A stretch of DNA of 64,000 bases from the NCBI GenBank assembly GCA_035544895.1, contig DASZZM010000026.1, positions 35,914-99,913 on the forward strand. The letters run 5' to 3'. The notes below the pieces were generated by a model, which did no database searches, had not been told where the DNA came from, and worked only from the letters and a program-made list of their open reading frames with translations. This DNA comes from Thermoanaerobaculia bacterium (GTDB lineage Bacteria > Acidobacteriota > Thermoanaerobaculia > Multivoradales > UBA5704). Made by a program: the position numbers and the translations under genes. Shown here piece after piece: positions 25,965-37,900 of this stretch. Numbering within the stretch: position 1 is the first letter of the stretch; each line of letters begins with the position of its first letter.

Positions 25965-28900
25965 GTGCCGACTCCCGCGACGCTTCTCGCCATGGACCCC
26001 GGCGAGCGCCTTCCGGCCCTGATTTCGTACCTGCGCCAGCAGGCCGCGCGCGCGCTGCGCCTGGGCCCCGAGGCCGTCGATCCGCGGCGGCCGTTGACCG
26101 GCTACGGTCTCGACTCGCTTGCCGCCGTCGAGCTCGGCTTCGCGGTCCAGACCGACCTCGGGATCGACCTGCCGTACTACGAGCTGCTGGAAGGATCGAC
26201 GCTGGCCGAGCTGGCCGGGCAGCTGCTGGCGCGGCTCGCCGCGGAGGAAAGGCCCGTCTCCGAGCCACCGGCCCCCCCGCCCGGCGCGAGCCAGCCCGAA
26301 GGCCCCGCCGGCGCCGGCCGCGCTGACCGCGCCGGCCGCGCTGACCGCAGCCAGGTGCCGGCAAACGACGCGGGCGAACCCCTGTCCCACGGGCAGAAGG
26401 CTCTCTGGTTCCTGCACCGGTTGGCGCCGCAGAGCCCGGCATACACCATCGCCGTGGCGCTGCGGGTGCGCGGCACTCCCGCCGGCACTCCACTGGCAAG
26501 CGTCCTGGGCCGCGCTCTCGCGGCCCTCGCCAACCGTCACGAAAGCCTGCGCGGCTGCTTCGCCGTCAGCGCCGGCGAGCCGGTGCACCGGCTCGGCGAG
26601 GGCGTCGCTCCCGCCCTGGAGGTGATCGATGCGCGGGGCTGGGACGCCGCCCGGCTGCGCCGCCGCCTCAACGACGAGGCCTGGAGACCGTTCGACCTGG
26701 CCGAGGGTCCGCTGCTGCGCGCCCGGCTGTTCACCGGCGGGCCGGGAGAGGCGGTCCTGCTCTTTGCCATTCATCACATCGCCGCCGATCTCTGGTCCCT
26801 CGCCATCGTGGCGCGCGAGCTCGGAGCGCTCTGTTCCGGGGAGCCGCTGGCGCCGGTGGCGGCCTCCTACGGAGATTGGGTCCGCCGCCAGCAGGAGAGG
26901 CTCGCCGGCGCCGAGGGTGAGCGGCTCTGGGAGTACTGGCGCCGCCGGCTCGGCGGCGAGCTGCCGGTCCTCGAGCTGCCCGCCGACCGCCCGCGTCCCG
27001 CGACCCAGAGCTTCCTGGGAGCCGTCCGCTCGCGCCGCCTGGCGGAGAGCGCGGAGGGTGCGCACCGCCTGGCTGGCGCGGCGGCGGCCCATCGGGCGAC
27101 CCTCCATTCGTTGCTCGCCGCGGTCTACCTGGCGCTGCTCCACCGCTACACGGGGCAGGCGGACATCCTGATCGGGACGCCGGCCGCGGGCCGCGGCGCC
27201 GCGGATCTCGCCGGCGTGGTCGGCTACTTCGTCAACCCGGTGGTGGTGCGGGCCGACCTGGCGGGCAATCCGACCTTCGGCGAGCTCTTCGCCCAGGCGC
27301 GGGAAGCGATGCTCGCGGCCCTCGCCCACCAGGATTTCCCCTTCCCTTTGCTGGCCGAGCGCCTGCGTCCGGAGCGGGACCCCGGCCGTTCGCCTCTCCT
27401 CCAGACCGTTTTCGCGCTGCAGAGGGCGCCGGTCCAGGGCCCGCCCGAGCTGGCCGCGGTCGCGCTCGGCGAAGACGGGGTCCGGTTCCGCGCCGGCGCC
27501 CTGGAGCTGGAGTCGGTGGCGCTCGAGACCCCGTTCTCGCAGTTCGACCTGGCGCTGTCCGCGGCCGAGATCTCGGGCTCTCCATCTCTCGGCTTGGGCC
27601 TGACGGCGCAGTACGCGACCGATCTCTTCGACGGCGCGACCATGGACCGGCTTCTCGGGCATTTCGCGGCCTTGCTGGCGGGAGCGGCGGCCGATCCCCG
27701 GGCCCGGGTGTGGGAGGTGCCGCTGCTCGACGAGGCGGAGCGGCGGCAGCTCGCGGCATGGAGCGGCGCCGGGGAGCGCCACGCCGTGCGCGGATCGCTG
27801 CACGGCCGGTGGGAGATCTGTGCGCGGAGGCGGCCGGACGCGGTGGCGCTGGCCTGGGAGGACGAGTCGGTGAGCTACGGCGAGTTCGACCGGCTGGGCA
27901 ACCGGTTGGCGCGGCGGCTGCTGGCAGCAGGGGTGGAGCCGGGCTCTCGGGTGGGACTGGCGGCCGGGCGTGGCGTGGGGCTGGTGACCGGCATCCTGGG
28001 GATCCTCAAGGCCGGCTGCGCCTACGTGCCGCTCGATCCGAGTTATCCGCGGGAGCGGCTGGCCTGGGTGCTGGAGGACGCCGCGGCGGCTGCCCTCGTG
28101 AGCGAGCCCGAGGCGCTGGCCGAGCTGCCGGCGTGGCCGGGCCGGGTGCTGCCGCTGCTGCCCGCCGCCGACGCCGCCGACCCCCCCAAGCAGCAGAGCG
28201 GCCGCGGGAAGGCCGGGCCGGGCGGCGAGCGGGAAGCCGGCGCGGCGGCGAGCCCGGCGGTGGCGGCCGGTCCGGAATGGCCGGCCTACGTGATCTACAC
28301 CTCCGGCTCGACAGGCCGGCCGAAAGGGGTCGTGGTCACCCACGGCAACGTGCTGCGGCTGCTGGCGGCGACGCCGGGATGGTTCGCTTTCGGCGAGCAC
28401 GACGTCTGGACGCTGCTCCATTCGTTCGCCTTCGATTTCTCGGTGTGGGAGCTTTGGGGCGCGCTATTGCACGGCGGCCGCCTGGCGGTGGCGCCGTTCG
28501 CGGTGAGCCGCTCGCCGGCGAGGCTGGCCGAGCTGGTCGAGCGCGAACGGGTGACGGTGCTGAATCAGACGCCGGCGGAGTTTGCCGCGCTGCAGCCGAT
28601 CGCACTGGAGAACAGGCCGGCGGACCTGACCAGCCTGCGCTGGGTGATCCTCGGGGGCGAGGCGCTCGACACGCGGATGCTCCAGGGCTGGTGGCGGCGG
28701 CACGGGGCATCGAGTCCCGGGCTGGTGAACCTGTACGGCACCACCGAGGCGACGGTGTACCAGACCTATCGCCGCCTGGGGGAAGCCGAGATCCTCGGCC
28801 GGCCGGGAAGCGCCGGCGCCAGCGTGATCGGAGTGCCGCTGCCCGACCTGCGGGTGTGGGTACTCGACGGCTGGGGCGAGCCGCAGCCGGCCGGCGTGGC

Positions 28901-31900
28901 CGGAGAGCTGTACGTGGGCGGAGCGGGGGTGTCGCAGGGCTACCTGGGACGTCCGGACCTGACGGCGTGGCGCTTCGTGCCGGACCGTTTCGGCGCCGAG
29001 GCGGGAGCGCGCCTGTATCGGACCGGAGACCTGGTGCGCTGGCGGGGCAGCGGCGAGCTCGAGTACCTGGGGCGTATCGACCGGCAGATCAAGCTGCGCG
29101 GCTTTCGCATCGAGCTCGGCGAGATCGAGGCCGCGCTCCTCGAGCAGCCGGGCGTGGAGGCGGCGGTGGTGGTGGTGCGCGAGGACCCGCCCGCGCCGGG
29201 TAGGGACCCGGCGAATCCGACCAGCGCCGGCCGCCGCCTGGTCGCCTACGCGGTCGCGCGGGAAGGGACGGACTTTGCCGCCCTGCGGGGCCGGCTGCGC
29301 GCGCGGCTGCCGGAGCACATGGTGCCGTCGGCGTTCGTGCGGCTCGCGGCCCTGCCGCTCGGGCCCGGCGGCAAGGTGGACCGCCGCGCCCTGCCCGCGC
29401 CCGCGCCCAGCGGCGGCGGCGAGGCGGCGGGCGAGGAGCCGGCAGGCGGGCCGCGCACGCTGCCCGCGCGCCTGCTCCAGGGCATCTGGGAGGAGCTTTT
29501 CGGCGTCGACCGCGTCTCCGCGGACGACGACTTCTTCGCCATGGGCGGGCACTCGCTGCTCGCCACCCGTCTGGCCTCGCGTGTGCGCGACGTGCTCGGT
29601 CTCGAAATGCCGGTCGCCCTGGTCTTCCGCGCCCCTACCCTGGGCGGCCTGGCGGCGGCGCTGGAGCGCGAGCTCCTCGACGACCAGCCGCCCGCGCTGC
29701 TCCCACTGAGTCGGCGCGGCGCCCAGGCTGGCGCGCCGCCGGCGTCGTTCGCCCAGGAGCGGCTCTGGTTCCTCGATCGCCTGGAGCCGGGGAGCCCGCT
29801 GTACAACCTGCCGGCCGCCGTCTCTCTAGCCGGACCGTTGGTCCCCGCCGCCTTCGAGCACGCCGTCGCGGAGGTCGTGCGCCGCCACGAGGCCCTGCGC
29901 ACGCGCTTTCGAGAGGTTGCCGGCAGGCCGGTGCAGGTCATCGAGCCAATCGCTCCGGCCGATCCAGCTGCCGCCGCGCCGTCTTCCAGTCACGCTCGAC
30001 CCGCCCCCCGCGGTCCACACGGTCCGCTCGCCCCACTCGCCCTTTTCAGCATGGTGGATCTCGCGGGACTGCCTCGCGGCGCCGCGGAAAGCGAGGCGGG
30101 CCGGCTGGCCGGCGAGGAGGCGCGCCGCCCCTTCGCGCTCGACCGCGGGCCGCTCCTGCGCTGCCGGCTGCTGCGCCTCGCGCCGCGGCGCCACACCTTC
30201 CTCCTCACCCTGCACCACATCGTCGCCGACGGCTGGTCGATGGGCCTCCTGCTCCGCGAGGTCGCCGCCTTTTACCGGCTCCGCACCGGCGACGAGCCCC
30301 GCGACGGGCCTGCCGGCCTGCCGGAGCCGCCTCTGCAGTACGCCGACTTCGCCGTCTGGCAGCGCGAGTGGCTTCGCGGCGATGCCCTGGAGGTGCGGCT
30401 GGCGCATTTCCAGAAAGCCCTCCGCGGCGTCCCCGTTCTCGCCCTACCGGCCGACCGGCCCCGCCCCGCGGTCGCGGACCACGGGGGGCGGCGCCGGCCG
30501 GTCGCGCTGCCACCACCGCTCGCCGCTTCCCTGCGGGCGCTCTGCCGGCGCGCCGGCGCGACGCCGTTCATGGCCCTGCTGGCCGCCTTCCAGGCGGTGC
30601 TCGCGGCCCACGCCGGCCAGGAGGACTTCGCGGTCGGCGTTCCGGTGGCGGGCCGCACCGCCCTCCAGACGGAGGCGGTGATCGGTCTCTTCGCCAACAC
30701 CGTGGTCCTGCGCGCCGACCTCGCGGGCGACCCATCCTTCCTCGCCCTGCTCGCCCGCGTGCGCGCCGCCGCGCTGGGCGCCTACACCCACCAGGACCTT
30801 CCCTTCGAGAAGGTGGTCGAGGCCCTGGCGCCCGACCGCGACCTCTCCCGCTCGCCGCTCTTCCAGGTGATGTTCGCCCTGGCCGACTTCCCGGCCGCCG
30901 CTCCGGAGCTGCCCGGGATCGACGTGCGCGTCGTGGAGGTCGAGGCGCGGGTCGCCAAGTTCGAGCTGACGCTGGAGCTCGCCGAAGCCGGCGGGGGGTT
31001 CTCCGGCAGCCTCGAGTACAGCTCCGCTCTCTTCGACGCGGCGACCGCGAGCCGCATGGCGGACCATTTCGTCAACCTTCTCGGCGCGATGGTTGCGGCG
31101 CCAGAGCGCCCACTGTCCCTCGCATCCTGGCTCGGCGCGGGCGAGCACCACCAGGTCCTCTACGAATGGAGCGGCAGCCCGGCCCCGGCTCCACTGGCTC
31201 CACTGGCTCCCCTGGCTCCCCAGGCTCCGGAAACCGGGATCGACAAGGCGGCGGACACTATCCTCGGCGCCTTCGCGGCCCAGGCGGCGCGGTCTCCCGA
31301 TGCGATCGCCGTCCATGGGCACGGGGTGGAGCTGAGCTTCGGCTGCCTGGCGCGGCGCGCCGGCTGCCTGGCGGGACGGCTGCGCGAAATGGGAGTGGGC
31401 CAGGAAACCGTCGTGGGAGTGCTCCTCCCCGGCTCTATCGATCTGGCCGTCTCCCTGGTCGCGGTCCTCGCCGCGGGCGGCGCCTATCTGCCTCTCGACC
31501 CGGCCCAGCCGGCCGCGCGCAACGCCTCCCACCTCGCCGACGCCGGCGCCCCCTGGCTGCTGACCCGCGGCGCTCCTCCCCCGCTCCCGGGTTGGCACGG
31601 TGCCGTCGTCGACGTGAGGGAGCGTCCCCTTCCCCCCGGAGTGCGCGCTCACGGTGCTCCCGCGACACACGAGGAGAGCACTCAGTGCATGCCGGACCTG
31701 GGCTCGGGCACCGACCCCAACCAGCTCGCCTACGTGATCTACACCTCCGGCACGACGGGCCGGCCGAAGGGTGTGGCGGTGCCGCACCGCGCCCTCTTGC
31801 GGCTCGCCCTGGCGGCGGCGGAGCACTACCGGCTCGGCCCCGGTGACCGGGTGCTGCAGTTCGCCTCCCCGGCTTTCGACGTCGCCGCCGAGGAGCTCTT

Positions 31901-34900
31901 CTCTTCCTGGCTCGCCGGCGCAACCGTCGTGCTGTCGCCGCCGGGAGCGCCTGAATCGATCGCCGATTTCGCCCGCCATCTCGCGGCCGAGGCGGTGACC
32001 CTGGCCAACTTGCCGGCTTCCTTCTGGCATGCCTGGGTGGCCGAGCTGGCGGATGCGCCGCCGCCGCGCTCGCTGCGGCGGATCGTCGTGGGCTCCGAGA
32101 GGGTCGCGCCCGCGCGGCTCGCCGCCTGGCGCGCGCGGCTGGCCGACCGCGTGCAGATCGACAACGCCTACGGCGTCACCGAGGCGACGGTCACCACGGC
32201 GGTGCACGACACCCTCGCGCCGGGCCCCGCCCCGCTGACCACGGTCCCGGTCGGCCGCCCGCTTCCCGGCTCCGCGGTCCTGCTGCTCGGCCGCGCGCTC
32301 GCCGCGGTGCCGGCCGGCGCCCCCGGCGAGCTGGCGATCGCAGGCGAAGGGCTCGCCCGCGGCTACCTCGGCCGGCCCGACCTGACCGCTGAACGCTTCG
32401 TGCCTCACCCCTTCGCGGCGGTCCCGGGGGCGCGGCTCTTCCTGACCGGCGACCTCGCCCGCCACCGCCGCGACGGCACGCTCGAGATCATCGGCCGCCG
32501 CGACCGGCAGGTGAAGGTGCGCGGCGTGCGCATCGAGCCGGAAGAGGTCGAGGCGGCGCTCGAGTCGCACCCGCGGATCGGCCGCGCGGTCGTGGCCGTG
32601 CGGCCCGGACCCGAGGCGGCGGAGGCCGGGCGCCTGGTCGCCTGGACGGTGGCGCGCGGTGCCGCGGCGCCTTCCGCCGCGGAGCTGCGCTCCTTCCTCG
32701 CCGCGCGGCTCCCCGAGGCCATGCTGCCCGCCGCCTTCGTCGCGCTGGCCGAGCTGCCGCTCACCGCCGGCGGCAAGCCGGACCGCGCCGCGCTGCCCGA
32801 CCCGGGGCGGCCGGAACCGCCCGCCGGGCCGGCCGCGCCGCGCACCCTGCCGGAGACCGCCGAGACCGCGGAGGCCGCCCTGGCCGAGGTCTGGGCCCGT
32901 GTCCTGGGGCTCGAGAGGGTGGGCGTCGACGAGAGCTTCTTCGCCCTCGGCGGCGACTCGATCACGAGCCTGCAGGTGATCTCCGGCGCCCGCGCCGCCG
33001 GACTCCAGATCACCGTCCACCAGCTCTTCCAGAACCCCACGGTCGCCTCCCTGGCGGCCGTCGCGGGCCGACTCCCCGAGGCGCAAGCGCTCGCGGTGGA
33101 TCCGGCGGAGGACCCGCAGCCGGCCGGCTCCTTTCCACTGACCCCCATCCAGCGCTGGTACTTCGCGGAGGACCAGCCTGACCCCCACCACTTCAATCAG
33201 TCGCTCCTGCTCGAGCCGCGCGAGCCGCTCTCCCTGCCCCGCCTGGCCGGCGCCCTGGCGGGGCTCGTCGAGCGGCATGCCGCGCTGCGCTTGCGTTTTG
33301 CGCGCGAGGATGGGGAATGGCGCCAGTCTCTGGCCAGCGCTCCGCTCCCAGCGCTCCCTGCAATCAACGGCGGTGCTCTCCTGGCGGTGGTCGACCTGGC
33401 CGCCCTGCCGTCCGGGCCGCGGCCTCGCGCCCTGGCCGCGGCAGCCGCGGAAGCCCAGGCCAGCCTCGACCTCGGCTCGGGGCTCCTCTTCCGCGCCGTG
33501 CTCTTCCGGGCCGCCCGCCCTGAGGACACCGCCGAGGACAGCGCCGAGGAGAGACTGCTCGTCATCGCCCACCACCTCGCGGTCGATGCCGTCTCGTGGT
33601 CCATTCTCCTCGAGGACCTCGCCGCCGGATACCGGTTGCGGGTCGCGCCGCGCCCGGCCAGCACCCCATTCTGGGCCTGGGCTCGGCTTCTCGGCGCGCA
33701 CGCCGGCTCGGCGGCGGTGCGGGCGGAGCTGGCCTGGTGGCTGGCCGCCGCGCCGCGACAGGTCGCGCCGCTTCCCGTCGATTTCCCCGGCGGCGACCCT
33801 TCCGAGGCGCGGGCGCGGATCGTCACCGTCGAGCTGCCGGCCGCCGAGACGGTGGCCCTGCTGCGCGATGGCGGGCCGCCTCCCTTGCACGCTGAAGACG
33901 TGCTGCTGGCCGCCCTTGCCCGCGCCGTCGCCGGCTGGACGGAAGAGCGCCGGATCTGGATCGATCTCGAGGGGCACGGGCGGGAGGACATCTTTCCGCA
34001 CGTCGACCTGTCGCGCACGGTGGGCTGGTTCACCACCCTCTTCCCGGTCCTGCTCGATGCCGCTCCGGCCGCCAGTCCAGGCGCGGCGCTCAAGGCGGTG
34101 AAGCAACGGCTGCGCACCCTGCCCGCGCGCGGCATCGGCTACGGTCTGCTGCGTTATCTCTCGGGCCTCTCCTATGCCACGGCGCTGGCCGCCGTGCCAC
34201 GGCCGGAGATCAGTTTCAACTACCTGGGCCAGCTCGGCCGGCTGGCGGGCGGCGAGGGAGCGGACGGCCTTTTCGCCGCGGCGCTGCCGAGCGGACCCGA
34301 GCGCAGCCCGCGCGCCCGCCGCACCCACCTGCTCGAGGTTCGTGCCGTGCTGCTGGAGGGCCGCCTGCGGCTCGACTGGACCTACAGCGCAACCCTCCAC
34401 GCCCGCGCCACGATCGAGCGGCTCGCCGGCTCGATGCTCGCCGAGCTGCGCGCCCTGATCGCCCATTGCCGGAGTGCCGGCGGCGCCGTGTGGACACCTG
34501 CCGATTTCCCCTTGGCGCGCCTCGACCAGGATGCCCTCGACCGCCTCCTGGGCGGCGATCGCGAGGTCGAAGACCTCTACCCGCTCTCGCCGGTCCAGCA
34601 AGGCATGCTGTTCCACACCCGCCAGGCGCCGCGGTCCGGGTCCTATGTCGAGCAGGTCGGCTGGACCTTCGCGGGACCGATCGACGCCATGGCCTGGCGG
34701 CAGGCCTGGCTGTGGGTCACCGCCCGCCATCCGATCCTCCGTACCGCTTTTCTGGAGACCCTCGACGAGCCGCTCCAGCTGGTGCGCCCGAGGGCCGAAC
34801 CGGAATGGCGCTGCGAGGACTGGAGCGGGCTGGCGCCGGCCCGGCAGGCCGAGCTGCTGGCGAGCCGCCTCTGCGGCGACCGCGAGCGCGGCTTCGACCT

Positions 34901-37900
34901 GGCCCGCGCATCGCTCCAGCGCTTCGCCCTGATCGAGCTCGGCGGCGGCCGCCGGCAGTTCTTGTGGAGCCACCACCACCTGCTGCTCGACGGCTGGTCG
35001 GTGGGCGTGGTCCTGGCCGAGGTCCTCGCCGCCTATGAGGCTCTCTCTCGCGGGCGGGCGCCGGCCTTGCCGCCGGTCCGCCCCTTCCGCGACTACATCG
35101 CGTGGCTGGCGACGCGGGACGCCAGGGCCGACCAGGATTTCTGGCGCGCGCAGCTCGCCGGTTTCAGCGTCCCCACCTCGCTGGGGATCGACCTGCCCTC
35201 GGCGCGGGATGCCGCCGTCCCACGGGATGGCGACCTGGAGCGCGATGCCTGGGGGTCTCGCCGCCGGCTCCTGGCCGCGCCCCTGTCTGCCGAGCTGCGC
35301 GCCACCGCACGGCGGCGCGGCTGGACTCCCGGCATGCTGGTCCACGCCGCCTGGGCTCTCCTGCTCGCCCGTCACGCTGGCGATTCCGACGTGGTTTTCG
35401 GCGGCGTGGTCTCCGGGCGCGACGAGACACTGCCGGGAGCGGAGTCCCTGGTCGGGCTCCTGATCAATACGCTGCCGGTGCGCGCCGAGCTGCCCGCTTC
35501 TGGACAGCACGCCGCGAGCGCCTGGCTCGACGCCTTCCAGGCGCGGCTCTTCGACATCCGGCAGCACCAGGCCACGCCCCTGCCCGAGATCCAGGGCGCC
35601 AGCGGTGTGCCGCGACACCTGCCCCTGTTCGAGAGCATCGTCGCCTTCGAGAACTACCCGCTCGACCGCACCTTGCGCGAGTGGCAGGCCGGGACGCGCA
35701 TCGAGGGCCTCTTCTCCGCCGACCGCACCCACTACCCGCTGATCCTCATCGCCGCCCTCGAAGACCTCCTGTCCTTAAACCTTCTCTTCGCGCGCCGCCG
35801 CTTCGCGGACTCCGCCGTCGAGCGCCTGGCCGGCCACCTCGCAACCCTCCTCGGCGCCCTCGCCGCAAATCCGGATCAGCCTCTCGCCGAGCTGCCGCTG
35901 CTCACCGCGGCCGAGCGCCACCAGGCGCTGTGGGAGCACAACGACTCGGCGGCGGCCTGGCCGGCGGCCGCCTGCGTTCACGAGCTGGTGGCGGCCCAGG
36001 CGGCGAAGACGCCGGAAGCGGTGGCGGTCCACGGCGGCGGCGAGACGGTGAGCTACGGCGAGCTCCTGGCGCGCTCCGGCCGGCTCGCCCGCCACCTTGC
36101 GCGGCTGGGAGTGGGGCCGGAGGTGCCGGTGGGCATCTGCGCCGGGCGCTCGCCGGCGCTGCTGGTCGGCCTGCTCGCCGTGCTCGAGGCCGGCGGGGCC
36201 TTCGTGCCGCTCGATCCCAGCCATCCGCGGGAGCGCCTGGCTTACCTGCTCGCCGATTCCGCGGCCGGTGTCGTGCTGACCGAGCGGGCGCTGCTCGACA
36301 GGCTGCCGGCCCACGGGGCGCGAGTCGTCCTCCTCGATTTCGCCGCGCCTGCCGCGCCTGCCTCGGCCGCTGCGCCCGCCGCGGCGGAGTGGGCGGGCGA
36401 GGCCACGGCGGATGCCGGCGTGGCGCTGCCCCGCCTCGATCCGGAGAACCTGGCCTATGTGATCTACACCTCGGGCTCGACCGGCCGCCCCAAGGGCGTC
36501 GAGGTGCGTCACCGCGGAGCGGTCAACTACTTGGCGGCGATGGCCGCGCGGCCGGGCTTCGGCCCCGGCGACGTGATGCTGGCGGCGACCACGCTGTCCT
36601 TCGACCCGGCGGTTACCGAGCTGTTGCTGCCCTTGACGGTGGGAGCGCGCATCGAGCTCGTCGGCGAAAAGACGGCCCGCGACGCGGCCCTGCTGGCCGC
36701 GGCCATCGAGGCGGCCGGCGCCACCTGCGTGCAGGCGACCCCGTCGAGCTGGACCCTGCTGGTGGAGGGAGGCTGGCCCGGACGGCCAGGGCTGCGCGCC
36801 CTCTGCGGCGGCGAGGCGCTGCCCCGTGCCCTGGCGGACAAACTGCTGCCGCGGGTCGCCGAGCTGTGGAACGTCTACGGTCCCACCGAAACCACGGTCT
36901 GGGCGTCCCTGCTGCCGGTCGGTCCGGGTGAAGGCGCCGTTCCGCTGGGCCGCCCGCTGGCCAACGCCGCACTCTACCTGCTCGAGCGCAAAGCCGGAGG
37001 TGCATCCCTGGGGCCCCTCGGGCCGGCGGCGCCACTGAATACGCTCGCCGAGCTGGCCATCGGCGGCGAGGGTCTGGCCCGCGCCTACCACCGCCGGCCG
37101 GACCTCACCGCCGAGCGCTTCGTCCCCGATCCCTTCGGCGCCGCCGGATCGCGTCTCTACCGCACCGGCGACCTGGCGCGCCGGCTGCCCGGCGGCGAGC
37201 TGGAGTTCCTTGGCCGCGGCGATCACCAGGTCAAGATCCGCGGCTTCCGCATCGAGCTCGGAGAGATCGAGGCGGTGCTGGGCCAGCACCCCCTGATCGC
37301 GGCCGCAGCGGTCGTGGCGCGCCAGGACTCCCCTGGCGACAGCCGCCTGGTGGCCTACGTCGCCCCGACCCACGCGGCGCGGCGCGGCACGCCCGCCGAG
37401 TCACCCGCCGAGTCCCTCCCCGAGCTCCAGGCCGAGCATCTCGCGAGGTGGCGGGAGGTCTATGACCGGATCTATGGGCAAGACGCCACCGCGCCGCGCG
37501 CCGCCGGCGCGCCCGCGGCCGATCCCGAGCTCGACACCGCCGGCTGGGAGAGCAGCACGGCCGGCGAGCGGATCTCCTCCGGCGAGATGCGGGAACAGGT
37601 CGAACAGACCGCGGCGCGTGTGCTTGCGCTCGCGCCGCGCAGCGTGCTCGAGATCGGCTGCGGCACCGGGCTCCTGTTGGACCGGGTCGCGCCGCACTGC
37701 GCGCGTTACCACGCGACCGACCTCTCGCGCAAAGCCGTCGAGCGTGTCAGGCGCCGGCTGCGCGGCAAGGACCTGCCGCAGGTCTCCTTCGAGGTGCGGG
37801 AAGCGCACGATTTCTCGCGCATCGAGAACGGAAGCTTCGACGCCGTGGTCCTCAACTCGGTGGTGCAGTACTTCCCCGGCGCGGACTACCTCCTGCGGGT

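Noticed and set aside
30444-35732. Minus-strand ORFs of 1762 aa and 1487 aa, and many other long antisense or off-frame ORFs (e.g. 30444..35732, 49118..53581, 25740..28421, 3623..5764, 6917..8992, 11791..13548).
   Set aside because: They lie entirely inside well-supported genes on the other strand or frame. They have Arg/Gly/Pro/Ala-rich low-complexity translations typical of high-GC artefacts and contain no recognisable domains.
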